Assembly (NCBI GenBank): GCA_018819405.1
Contig: JAHJQF010000001.1
Coordinates: forward strand, 290,097 to 354,096
DNA length: 64,000 nucleotides
Source of the DNA: Patescibacteria group bacterium
Lineage (GTDB): Bacteria > Patescibacteriota > Patescibacteriia > UBA1558 > GWA2-36-10
Reading direction: 5' to 3'
This document shows, one piece after another, positions 56,037 to 64,000 of this stretch. The position numbers and the translations under genes are program-made. Within the stretch, counting starts at the first letter, position 1. Each line of letters begins with the position of its first letter. Below the pieces are notes generated by a model. It was not told the DNA's origin, searched no databases, and was given only the letters and a program-made list of their open reading frames with translations.

Positions 56037-56804
56037 CTAAGGCTGCAGAGTGCTCTCGCAGGCCATGATGCGTTTCAGGACTTCGGCCGTATAGCGGGTG
56101 ATCTCCTCGGGTTTGGCCGTGGAAAATGAGTCGGACCACATGCAGACCGGTTCCTGCTTGGGAATGTAGACACCAAGTTCGGCGAGCATTTGGTTGACCA
56201 CCGGCTTGTCGGCCAGGATATCATAGAGAGGCGAGAGGTAGGTCAAGCCGAAGTCGGCATAAATTTTCTTGAGGGGGACCATAAATTCATCGGTCTGTTC
56301 GGGGTAGTCCTTCTGGCGTTCGGCATAGCCGTCGAGGATCAGATGGATGCCGAGCTCCTGGGCGTATCGGGCGGCGGAGTAGTTCATGATCAGCTTGCAG
56401 GCCAGGCAGATCAGCAGTGTGCTGAAGCTGCGTTCTCTGAAATCGGCTTCAATTTGCTGCATACCGACTTGGCGCATCATCATGCTAACGCGTTTCATCT
56501 CGAAGATGATGTCGTTTCCAGGGTTGAGGTCTTGGATTATGCGCAGCTGCCGCTTGGTGGAATCCAGTCGACTGAGCAGGCCGTTGTCGATCAGGAGAAG
56601 ATGGAGTTGGCTGGCCGGAAAGGCCTTACAGAAAGCAGCGGCCACAGCACTGCTGTCACGTCCGCCGGAAAAAAGCAGGACAGCGCGTCCGTCAAAGTCG
56701 GGGACAGAGTTTATGATCCTTTCATGCACCAGCTGGATAGCTTGAGTCGCTAGTTCCTTCATTTCGTGCTCCAATCGTTGGTGTTGTTGATTGTGGGTGA
56801 ACAA
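56037..56804 (-). CDS. PP-loop superfamily ATPase (adenine nucleotide alpha-hydrolase)
   Basis: SGGRDS PP-motif. 255 aa. GC-rich. Confidence 0.6.
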   Translation of the reverse strand: MFTHNQQHQRLEHEMKELATQAIQLVHERIINSVPDFDGRAVLLFSGGRDSSAVAAAFCKAFPASQLHLLLIDNGLLSRLDSTKRQLRIIQDLNPGNDIIFEMKRVSMMMRQVGMQQIEADFRERSFSTLLICLACKLIMNYSAARYAQELGIHLILDGYAERQKDYPEQTDEFMVPLKKIYADFGLTYLSPLYDILADKPVVNQMLAELGVYIPKQEPVCMWSDSFSTAKPEEITRYTAEVLKRIMACESTLQP

Positions 56805-56999
56805 AGTGCTGTTGTCTGAACTTTACTTGAAATTAGCAAAAAAATCAAGTTAAATTTTTGGTAAAAAAATATCGTTCAAAACAAACTACAACGCATTTAC
56901 TATTTGTTCTACTGTGCCACCCCATCCCGTATAGCTACTTCGTAGCCACGGGACGCGGTCAAAAAGTGAGCTTCCGCCAGCTGGCGGATAGCTCGTTTT

Positions 57000-57040
57000 T
57001 TGATTTTTTGATATAATGAATTTGTTATTAAAATAAAAAC
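57000..57040 (+). promoter_or_regulatory. conserved promoter/leader module in front of a degraded gene
   Basis: TTTTTTGATATAATGAATTTGTTATTAAAATAAAAAC-ATG. Confidence 0.55.
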
Positions 57041-57420
57041 ATGAAGCTAGATAAAAAAACTTATTTATTGTGTTAGTATCTTTTCTTGCATTTCTTATAG
57101 TTAGGAATACTTATGACCCTAGTGTTAAATTACAAGTTATAAAAGTCGCATTACTTTTAACAACTTTAACATTTATTATAAAAGAAGCCTTTTTTAATCT
57201 AAAAGAATTAAAAAATCCTTTCAATACCCCTACTCTATATTTTTAATTATATTAGGATCTTTAGGATTCTTTTTATTTGTGTTTAATAAATCTAAAAAAT
57301 TTCAGAAGTTTATTATTAAAAGGTATCAGTCTTTTTCAAAAATTATTTTTTATACTTTTATGCTGGCTTTTATTTTTTTAATTACATCTATGATTACTCC
57401 ATTTATTTGGGGCTAGGATA
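57041..57420 (+). pseudogene. degraded membrane-protein gene (multiple stops and frameshifts)
   Basis: Conserved leader and ATG followed by a stop after 11 codons. Hydrophobic coding potential scattered across frames. No ORF of 60 aa or more. Confidence 0.4.
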
Positions 57421-57651
57421 TTTTTTTTCTTTATTAAAAATGTTAAAAATTAAGAATACTATATTGTAATTTTCCCCAATCCATGGTTCCCGCCTACGCT
57501 TTCGGGAGGCGTTTTTATTTAGCTTAAAATAGAGCTAGGTTTGAAAATACGATATAATTACAGCTAGTATAAAACCATTTAAATAGCCATAATAGTAGCT
57601 TTGTGGTATATTATGTCTATAGACATAGCATAACTATTAAATAAAAATATT

Positions 57652-57987
57652 ATGAAACTTTTAATAAATTGGTTAATTTTGACCTTAGCGGTGTTAGGGA
57701 CTTCGTATATTTTACCAGGCGTTTCTATTGGTGGTTTTTGGGCGGCTTTGATAACAGCTTTGGTGTTGGGTGTTGTAAATGCATTTATCAAGCCGATATT
57801 ATTGTTTTTGACTCTACCGATAAATATTTTGACACTAGGGCTTTTCACTTTTGTTATAAATGCATTATTAATACTTTTGGTATCAGCCATTGTTTCTGGT
57901 TTTAGTGTAGCAAATTTTTGGTGGGCACTTCTATTTAGTATAGTGATAACAGTTTTAGTTTATATTTTGAACAAAATAGTTAAATAA
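57652..57987 (+). CDS. phage-holin-4_2-family (YvlD-like) small membrane protein
   Basis: Three or four TM helices, 111 aa. Characteristic GGFWAALITALVLGVVNAFIKP segment. Confidence 0.55.
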   Translation: MKLLINWLILTLAVLGTSYILPGVSIGGFWAALITALVLGVVNAFIKPILLFLTLPINILTLGLFTFVINALLILLVSAIVSGFSVANFWWALLFSIVITVLVYILNKIVK

Positions 57988-58296
57988 TCTTTTAGCTTAT
58001 AATCAAGATCCGTAATGGACACCAATCAAAGATTCCCAGTTTTATTGGGGATTTTTGTTTGATTAAAATATGGTATAATCCAGAGTGTTATTAAAATAAA
58101 ATTATAAAATTATTAATTGTAATATTTGTTTTGATTGTAATATTTTTATTGTTGCTATCAATGGGTTTGCTTTCTAGGTATGATCTTGGTCCAGAAGAAA
58201 TACTTTTAAAATTATTTGGCAATTAAATTTATATAAACCTATTTTTGTTTTGAGTTTTTTGATATAATAAGCTTAATATTATTTAAACTAAAAAAC

Positions 58297-58920
58297 ATGG
58301 ATGTAAAAAATAGTCCGGCGAAACATTTTATTGTTAGTTTTTTTTCACTGTGCTTTGTTCTTATTATGCATTTTTTGTTTAATATAGAATGGACAACATC
58401 TTTTGCTCGTACGGCCTTTATTCTCTTATTTATTATTCTCATTATTGGACCTTTATTTAGAATAAAAGTTCCCAGCAAAAAAATGTCCCCGATGATGAAT
58501 CCATGGAGCTGGCGTGGTGAATTAGGTATTTGGTTTACTATTATGGCCTTAGCTCATTTTATATTACTACTTATTGAGCAACCACTTACCCAACTAATAA
58601 AAATAGGTGGATCTGGATATAGCCTGACAAATTTTATTGGCTTAATTGCTTTGATTATATCAATAATATTATCCTTTGCTTCTTTGGGAAAAGTAATTAA
58701 ATTTTTGGGTGTTATATCATGGAAAGTATTGCATAGTCTGACTTATGTAGTTTTTTATCTAGTTGCTTCTCATTTGATTTATTTTCAATTTTTCTCAAGC
58801 TATGGAAAAGTAGGTCCTGATTGGTTTGGGTGGATATCGGTGGTTGCTATGACTTTAGTCGTTATATTACAAATAATAGCTTTTGTTAAAATAGTTACTA
58901 AACAAAACAAAATTCGATGA
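58297..58920 (+). CDS. polytopic membrane protein
   Basis: Six TM helices. Conserved promoter at 58250-58296. Confidence 0.45.
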   Translation: MDVKNSPAKHFIVSFFSLCFVLIMHFLFNIEWTTSFARTAFILLFIILIIGPLFRIKVPSKKMSPMMNPWSWRGELGIWFTIMALAHFILLLIEQPLTQLIKIGGSGYSLTNFIGLIALIISIILSFASLGKVIKFLGVISWKVLHSLTYVVFYLVASHLIYFQFFSSYGKVGPDWFGWISVVAMTLVVILQIIAFVKIVTKQNKIR

Positions 58921-59024
58921 TATAATTTAATCCTAAGGTTTTAAACTTATTCCACCTCCTCATTTCACTGCTACGTTGGGAGGTGGGTTGCGGTAATATT
59001 ATTTTAATCAAAGCATTCCTTTTC

Positions 59025-59071
59025 TAGGGGATGGTTTTTTGATATACTGAATATGTTATTAAAATAAAAAT
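59025..59071 (+). promoter_or_regulatory. conserved promoter/leader module
   Basis: GGTTTTTTGATATACTGAATATGTTATTAAAATAAAAAT-ATG. Confidence 0.6.
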
Positions 59072-59989
59072 ATGAAACTATTTAAAAATCAAAAAGGATT
59101 CAATGATGTAGTTACTATCACTATATTAGGAGGAATAATAGGAGCTTTATTCATTCTAGGAGTATTTGTCTGGAAAGAGATAGATAAACAAAATACTCTC
59201 AATGATTTGTATAATAAGTTGTCTGGCGTTGTTAAGGTTGAGGAAGAAAAAGTTGAAGTAGAGGAAGAATGGTTAACTTATACTAGTGAAGAATTGGGTT
59301 TTAGTTTTGATTATCCAAGTAAACTCGGTGTATTTAATTTAAACATTTATAAAGATTTAGAATTAAATGAAGGGTCTGGTGCTACGGGTAGCTCTTTTAT
59401 TGCTTTTGATGAAAATAAAAATATTTACTTTGGAGGTGCTAGCGATAATTTTTCTGCGGGTAGAGGGGCATCTTTATTAGACTCCAGAGGTTATATATTA
59501 AAAGACGATAATTATTTTTTAAAATTATATACATTAGATAGAGACCCAATTTCTATAGAGCCAGTGAAAATTATAAATACAAACGATGGCACAGAAATAT
59601 TATTGTTAAAAAAAGATTCATTTGATTCTCCACAACTTTTAATAGATGATAACGAAGTGGTAGCTGTTATTAACCTTAATAATAATACATTTAAGGGCAT
59701 AATTTTCAGAGATTCAGATTGGGGTTTATTTTCACAAGAAGAATTTGAAGAAATGTTAATTAGTTTTAAATTTTTAGATAATAATATGGCTATTGATTAC
59801 TGTGAGTCAGACGACGATTGTGTGCCGGCCACATGTTGCCACCCTACAAGGGTCGTAAATAAAAATTATGCACCTGACTGTGCAGCTGTAGCTTGTACAT
59901 TCTCTTGTGAGGGACCGTTAGATTGTGGTGCTGGGCATCCTGCATGTGAAAATAATAAATGTGTAATTGCTGAAGGTCGCTTAGAATAG
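59072..59989 (+). CDS. secreted protein with Cys-rich C-terminal domain, N-terminal paralog of 51755
   Basis: N-terminal 50 aa nearly identical to ORF 51755. Eight-Cys C-terminal module. Confidence 0.55.
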   Translation: MKLFKNQKGFNDVVTITILGGIIGALFILGVFVWKEIDKQNTLNDLYNKLSGVVKVEEEKVEVEEEWLTYTSEELGFSFDYPSKLGVFNLNIYKDLELNEGSGATGSSFIAFDENKNIYFGGASDNFSAGRGASLLDSRGYILKDDNYFLKLYTLDRDPISIEPVKIINTNDGTEILLLKKDSFDSPQLLIDDNEVVAVINLNNNTFKGIIFRDSDWGLFSQEEFEEMLISFKFLDNNMAIDYCESDDDCVPATCCHPTRVVNKNYAPDCAAVACTFSCEGPLDCGAGHPACENNKCVIAEGRLE

Positions 59990-60017
59990 AGGTTTATATA
60001 TTATTGTAAATAAAGTT

Positions 60018-60764
60018 ATGAAAGCAGAAGAAATAAAAAAAGTAGTTCAAGATAATTACGGCCAATTAGCCAAACAATCTACCGGTTGTGGTTGCAAATG
60101 TAGTTGCAGTTCAGATACTAGTCAAACAATTTCCAAAAGCATTGGTTATTCGGATGAAGATATAGAGTCTGTGCCCGAGGCTAATATGGGTTTGGGTTGT
60201 GGCAATCCAATTGCTATTGGCAACATCAAAGAAGGAGATGTTGTTTTGGATCTTGGCTCGGGAGCAGGTTTTGATGCTTTTTTGGCCGCCAAAAAAGTTG
60301 GCAAAACTGGCAAGGTTATTGGCGTGGATATGACCCAAGAAATGATTGCCAAAGCTACTATATTGGCCAACAAGTATAAATATCAGAATGTAGAATTCAA
60401 ATTGGGGGAAATTGAAAACCTACCAATAGAGGACAATTCTATTGATATTATCATTAGTAATTGTGTGATAAATTTGGCGCCAGATAAATTAAAAGTATTT
60501 CAGGAAGCTTATCGAGTTTTAAAGCTAGGTGGAAAAATGTATATTTCCGATATTGTTTTACTTGAAGAACTATCAGAAGAGCAAAAAAACAATAAAGACT
60601 TGATAGCCGGCTGTGTGGGGGGCGCTCTTTTAAAAGATATTTATATTGCCAAAGTAAAACAAGCTGGTTTGCAGGTAAAAATTTTAGGAGAAAACAAAGA
60701 AATTAGTAAAGAGCAATATCATGGCATTCCACTGGAAAGTCTATCTTTAGAGATTAGTAAATAG
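60018..60764 (+). CDS. ArsM-like SAM-dependent methyltransferase
   Basis: Motif I VLDLGSGAGFD. N-terminal Cys cluster GCGCKCSC. Confidence 0.55.
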   Translation: MKAEEIKKVVQDNYGQLAKQSTGCGCKCSCSSDTSQTISKSIGYSDEDIESVPEANMGLGCGNPIAIGNIKEGDVVLDLGSGAGFDAFLAAKKVGKTGKVIGVDMTQEMIAKATILANKYKYQNVEFKLGEIENLPIEDNSIDIIISNCVINLAPDKLKVFQEAYRVLKLGGKMYISDIVLLEELSEEQKNNKDLIAGCVGGALLKDIYIAKVKQAGLQVKILGENKEISKEQYHGIPLESLSLEISK

Positions 60765-60816
60765 CTTAAATTAAAAAACTATTCTAAACAGAATGGTTTT
60801 TTGATATACTTAATTT

Positions 60817-61905
60817 ATGAAAAAATTATTTTTGTTATTATTACTAATTTTACCAATTTTTTCCTTTGCTCAGGAACAAGTAAGAGAAGAAATGTTTAAG
60901 GCTCGTGTTATTGAGGTTGTTGATCAAAAAGAAATCACTGATGAAGCCGGTAGTATTATACAGCAAAATTTAAAATTAAAAGGTTTGGATGGCAGCTTTG
61001 AAGGCAAAGAAATATTTTTTGAGGGAATTAGTGAATTTCAAATTCTATCATCTCATACTTATAAATTAGGCGACAAGGTTATAGTTAGTTATAGTCAAGA
61101 TGTTGGAGGAAATGACGTATTTTTTATTTTGGATTATGATAGAAGTGGTCCTATTATATGGTTGGCTATAATTTTTATTTTTAGTGTTTTAGCTATTGGT
61201 AGATGGAAAGGGTTCCGTTCGTTGATTGCTTTGGCACTTAGTTTTTTGGTGATTTTAAAATTTATAATTCCCCAGATACTCAATGGAGCCAATCCAGTCA
61301 TGATTAGTGTCGTAGGGGCAATCATGATTTTGATTTTTGCTATTTATTTTACCCAAGGTATAAATAAAAAAGCTCATATAGCCAACTTATCACTGGTTAT
61401 TTCTTTGCTTTTTATAGCCTTACTGTCATTCTGGTTTACAAAGTTGGCTCAATTGACTGGCTATTCAGAGGAAGCTTCTTATTTGGTAGGTATAAATCAA
61501 GGTAGTTTAAACTTACAGGGTTTATTGTTGGCGGGCATACTAATTGGTACTTTGGGAGTTTTGGATGATGTAATAATAAGTCAAGTATCTACCGTAGAGC
61601 AACTGAAGCAGGCTAATCCTCAGTTGACTAATAAGCAGATATATACCAGAAGTTTGAAAGTGGGCATTGATCATATTAGCTCTATGATAAATACTTTATT
61701 TTTTGCTTACGCTGGGGCTTCTTTACCTTTGCTTATGTTGTTTACCCAAAGTGATATTAGTGGTCTTAGTTTTTCTCAAATAGTGAATAATGAGTTTATT
61801 GCTACCGAGATAATTAGAACATTATTGGGTAGTATAGGTATTATATTATCTGTTCCTATTGCCAATTATTTGGCCAGTTATTTTTTGAAATCAGAAAAAC
61901 TTTAG
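60817..61905 (+). CDS. YibE/F-family membrane protein
   Basis: Signal peptide plus periplasmic domain, then 7-8 TM helices. Confidence 0.6.
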   Translation: MKKLFLLLLLILPIFSFAQEQVREEMFKARVIEVVDQKEITDEAGSIIQQNLKLKGLDGSFEGKEIFFEGISEFQILSSHTYKLGDKVIVSYSQDVGGNDVFFILDYDRSGPIIWLAIIFIFSVLAIGRWKGFRSLIALALSFLVILKFIIPQILNGANPVMISVVGAIMILIFAIYFTQGINKKAHIANLSLVISLLFIALLSFWFTKLAQLTGYSEEASYLVGINQGSLNLQGLLLAGILIGTLGVLDDVIISQVSTVEQLKQANPQLTNKQIYTRSLKVGIDHISSMINTLFFAYAGASLPLLMLFTQSDISGLSFSQIVNNEFIATEIIRTLLGSIGIILSVPIANYLASYFLKSEKL

Positions 61906-62002
61906 GTATATAAAATATAGATGATTGATATTTTAGATTGGTGGTTTATAGCTATAGACTATTTATGAAGTGTGATATACTATATATATTAATAAAAATA
62001 TT

Positions 62003-62545
62003 ATGGTAATGAAAAAAAATCAGGCGTCCCAGGACATATTTACTGAGACAGGTAGACATATTATAAATCAATCTGTAGCCATACTCTGTGATGGAAATAA
62101 TATTGAAAGAAGTATTCATGATATTTCCAAAAATCAAAATGCCATGATTGATTTTGATAAGGTCATACCCAAACTATTAAATGGTAGGGGTCTAAATAGG
62201 TTGTTATATTTTCGTGAGGGCAAATCTATCTCTTCCAAATTTGCCGAAAGACTGCACGAAAATTATTATGGCTCAGTTATACCATGTCATAAATCAGCTG
62301 ATATTCCTCTGACAATCAAAGCTACTCAGCTATCCTCAAAGGTGGATACTATCATCATAATGTCAGGTGATTCTGATTATGTAGATTTGGTGGATCACCT
62401 AAAGGGCGAAGGTGTAAGAGTAGAGATAGCAGCTGTCAAAAAAACCGCTGCAAAGATACTTATTGATGAAGCAGATTATTTTTATGAGATTACCAAGGAA
62501 GACTGGTTTGTTTATAAGGCTCCAAACAAATATAGCAATAGGTGA
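62003..62545 (+). CDS. NYN-domain (LabA-like) protein
   Basis: ILCDGNNIER and IIMSGDSDYVDLV motifs. Confidence 0.6.
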   Translation: MVMKKNQASQDIFTETGRHIINQSVAILCDGNNIERSIHDISKNQNAMIDFDKVIPKLLNGRGLNRLLYFREGKSISSKFAERLHENYYGSVIPCHKSADIPLTIKATQLSSKVDTIIIMSGDSDYVDLVDHLKGEGVRVEIAAVKKTAAKILIDEADYFYEITKEDWFVYKAPNKYSNR

Positions 62546-62619
62546 TAGTATAAATGAGATATTATAGAGAGTATATAAAAATCATTCCAAAGTGGATGAT
62601 TTCTTGGTATAATATATTT

Positions 62620-63999
62620 ATGATAATGAGAAAAATTTTTCTTATCTTAGGATTATTAATATCAACTTATCTTTTTACTGCATCTGTCATCGGCTATGCA
62701 GCTGATGACAATTTGAGTAATAGACTCAAAGGCTATGTTCTTCTTCAAGTAGAAGAACATGGCGAAGCTTGGTATGTAGAGCCTAATGATGCCAAAAGAA
62801 TATACATGAAAAATGGAAACGTTGCCTATGATGTTATGGGTGATTTTGGTCTAGGAATTACTAATGCTGACTTAGCTAAAATACCAGTAGGCTTTGAAGA
62901 TAGATTTTTTTGTATTGATAATGACAACGATGGATTATGCAATAAATTAGAAGAAGGTTTAGAAACAGATATTAATAATCCAGATTCTGACGGCGATGGG
63001 TATACTGACAGGATAGAAATAGAAAGCTTATATAATCCTTTGGGAGAAAGTAAGATAAAATATGATTATCAACTGGCTAACAGACTAAGAGGTTATATAG
63101 TTTTGCAGGTAGAAAAAAATGGTCAAGCTTGGTATATCAATCCCCAAGATGCCAAAAGATATTATATGACGGATGGCGAAGCCGCTTATCAAATTATGCG
63201 CTATTTATCATTGGGAATCACTAATGCAGATTTGGCTAAAATAGATATATCAGACTACAAAATAGTAGAAGATATTCCGGCTCCAACTCAATATTGTGGA
63301 GATAATATTTGCAACAACAACGAAACATGTAATACCTGCGCGCCTGATTGTGGAGTGTGTCAAGCTGCAGTTTGTGGTAACAACAAAAAAGAAGCAGGTG
63401 AAGAGTGTGATGGCAGTCAAGGTGTAGCAGAAGGTTATATTTGTAATAGTAGTTGCCAACTTGAACAGATAACAGATACTCCTGAATGTGGCAACAATAT
63501 ATTAGAAACTGGAGAAGAGTGCGATGGTACAGCAGGCATAAGTCAGGGCTATGTTTGTAATAATTTTTGTAATTTGGAAGCCGTCTCATATTGCGGTGAT
63601 GGAGCTTGTGATTTTCCTAGTGAAGACCAAAGTAGTTGCTCGGCTGATTGCAGTTTGGAGGGGCCAGAGGATCTTTTTAATATGGATGACATGCTAGATG
63701 TTTCAACATTAAATACTCAGATAAAAGATGTTTATACTGTGTTTACTGATTTAGGAGAATTGAGAGCAGCAGATGTACAATATTATGTAGGTAATTGGTA
63801 CGGAGTTGATATATATAATACTGGCACAGTTTATTTTCCGAGAAACATCCCAACTCAAAATCTTGGCAAAGCAGCTATAATGCAAGGTTATTCTAAAGAT
63901 GTCCAGACCGGCCCCAATTTTCTAGAAGATTTTGCTCAAAATACTGCTTTGATTTTTGGAATTCCTGTTTATTCATGTTCTTGTGGTTATCCGGCCGAA
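62620..63999 (+). CDS. secreted repeat protein, partial (runs off window end), with internal ~58-aa duplication, thrombospondin-type-3 motif and Myxococcus-type Cys-rich repeats
   Basis: Open frame from ATG 62620 to the window end; not in the ORF track because no stop is present. LANRLxGYxxLQVE...GITNADLAKI repeated twice. NPDSDGDGYTD. CGNNxxExGEECDG repeated three times. Confidence 0.55.
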   Translation, partial: MIMRKIFLILGLLISTYLFTASVIGYAADDNLSNRLKGYVLLQVEEHGEAWYVEPNDAKRIYMKNGNVAYDVMGDFGLGITNADLAKIPVGFEDRFFCIDNDNDGLCNKLEEGLETDINNPDSDGDGYTDRIEIESLYNPLGESKIKYDYQLANRLRGYIVLQVEKNGQAWYINPQDAKRYYMTDGEAAYQIMRYLSLGITNADLAKIDISDYKIVEDIPAPTQYCGDNICNNNETCNTCAPDCGVCQAAVCGNNKKEAGEECDGSQGVAEGYICNSSCQLEQITDTPECGNNILETGEECDGTAGISQGYVCNNFCNLEAVSYCGDGACDFPSEDQSSCSADCSLEGPEDLFNMDDMLDVSTLNTQIKDVYTVFTDLGELRAADVQYYVGNWYGVDIYNTGTVYFPRNIPTQNLGKAAIMQGYSKDVQTGPNFLEDFAQNTALIFGIPVYSCSCGYPAE

Positions 64000-64000
64000 A

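Noticed and set aside
57652-57987. Phage holin-family protein as evidence of a prophage
   Set aside because: This family (YvlD/holin_4_2-like) is widespread as a solitary membrane protein. No neighbouring phage structural, lysis or integrase genes are present.
1-64000. Alternative genetic code (UGA recoding as in Gracilibacteria/Absconditabacteria)
   Set aside because: Long ORFs (nrdJ 984 aa, surface protein 1177 aa, R-M 857 aa) are uninterrupted with the standard code. No systematic in-frame TGA is needed.

Overview
This is a low-GC (~30-35%) bacterial window that uses the standard genetic code. The small, streamlined proteins, type-IV-pilin-like genes and nucleoside-salvage gene content suggest a CPR/Patescibacteria-like genome (inference). 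It falls into three parts.

(1) 1-16.9 kb: a dense array of about 20 short gene modules, almost all on the minus strand. Two related families of short repeats, in opposite orientations, recur between modules. Site-A is ~95 bp and carries a stem-loop whose stem covaries between copies. Site-B is ~32 bp and is an inverted copy of the Site-A 5' arm. A G-rich G-quadruplex-type element occurs beside some sites. A XerC/D-size tyrosine recombinase (16863-17729) sits at the edge and is transcribed divergently from the array. Cargo includes a Type IIG-like R-M enzyme, two Nudix hydrolases, a nucleotidyltransferase, PD-(D/E)xK-like proteins and small membrane proteins. Four short high-GC (~55-60%) genes lie on the opposite strand, each with its own sigma70-like promoter and intrinsic terminator. 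The organisation resembles integron cassette arrays and Acinetobacter pdif modules, but the sites are not canonical attC or dif. I regard this as the candidate undescribed system.

(2) 17.8-44.5 kb: housekeeping and redox genes. These are class II RNR, a beta-CASP RNase, peroxiredoxin, patatin, SOD, NifU and NifS, ferredoxin, 2-oxoacid:ferredoxin oxidoreductase, a pilin-like protein, a giant surface protein, a histidine kinase, Rpe/RpiB, an ABC exporter and two tRNAs.

(3) 41.9-64 kb: an accessory region. It holds a GC-rich five-gene operon (GT2, DegT aminotransferase, phosphopentomutase, Gfo/Idh/MocA, methyltransferase) plus a B12-radical SAM gene. It also holds a GC-rich PP-loop ATPase with two tandem DUF523 (TudS-like) genes. 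Many gene units share a strikingly conserved promoter/leader (TTTTTTGATATAATG...GTTATTAAAATAAAAAT-ATG) preceded by GC-rich hairpins. Secreted Cys-rich repeat proteins, pseudogene fragments, an LD-carboxypeptidase, an ArsM-like methyltransferase, YibE/F and NYN proteins are also present.
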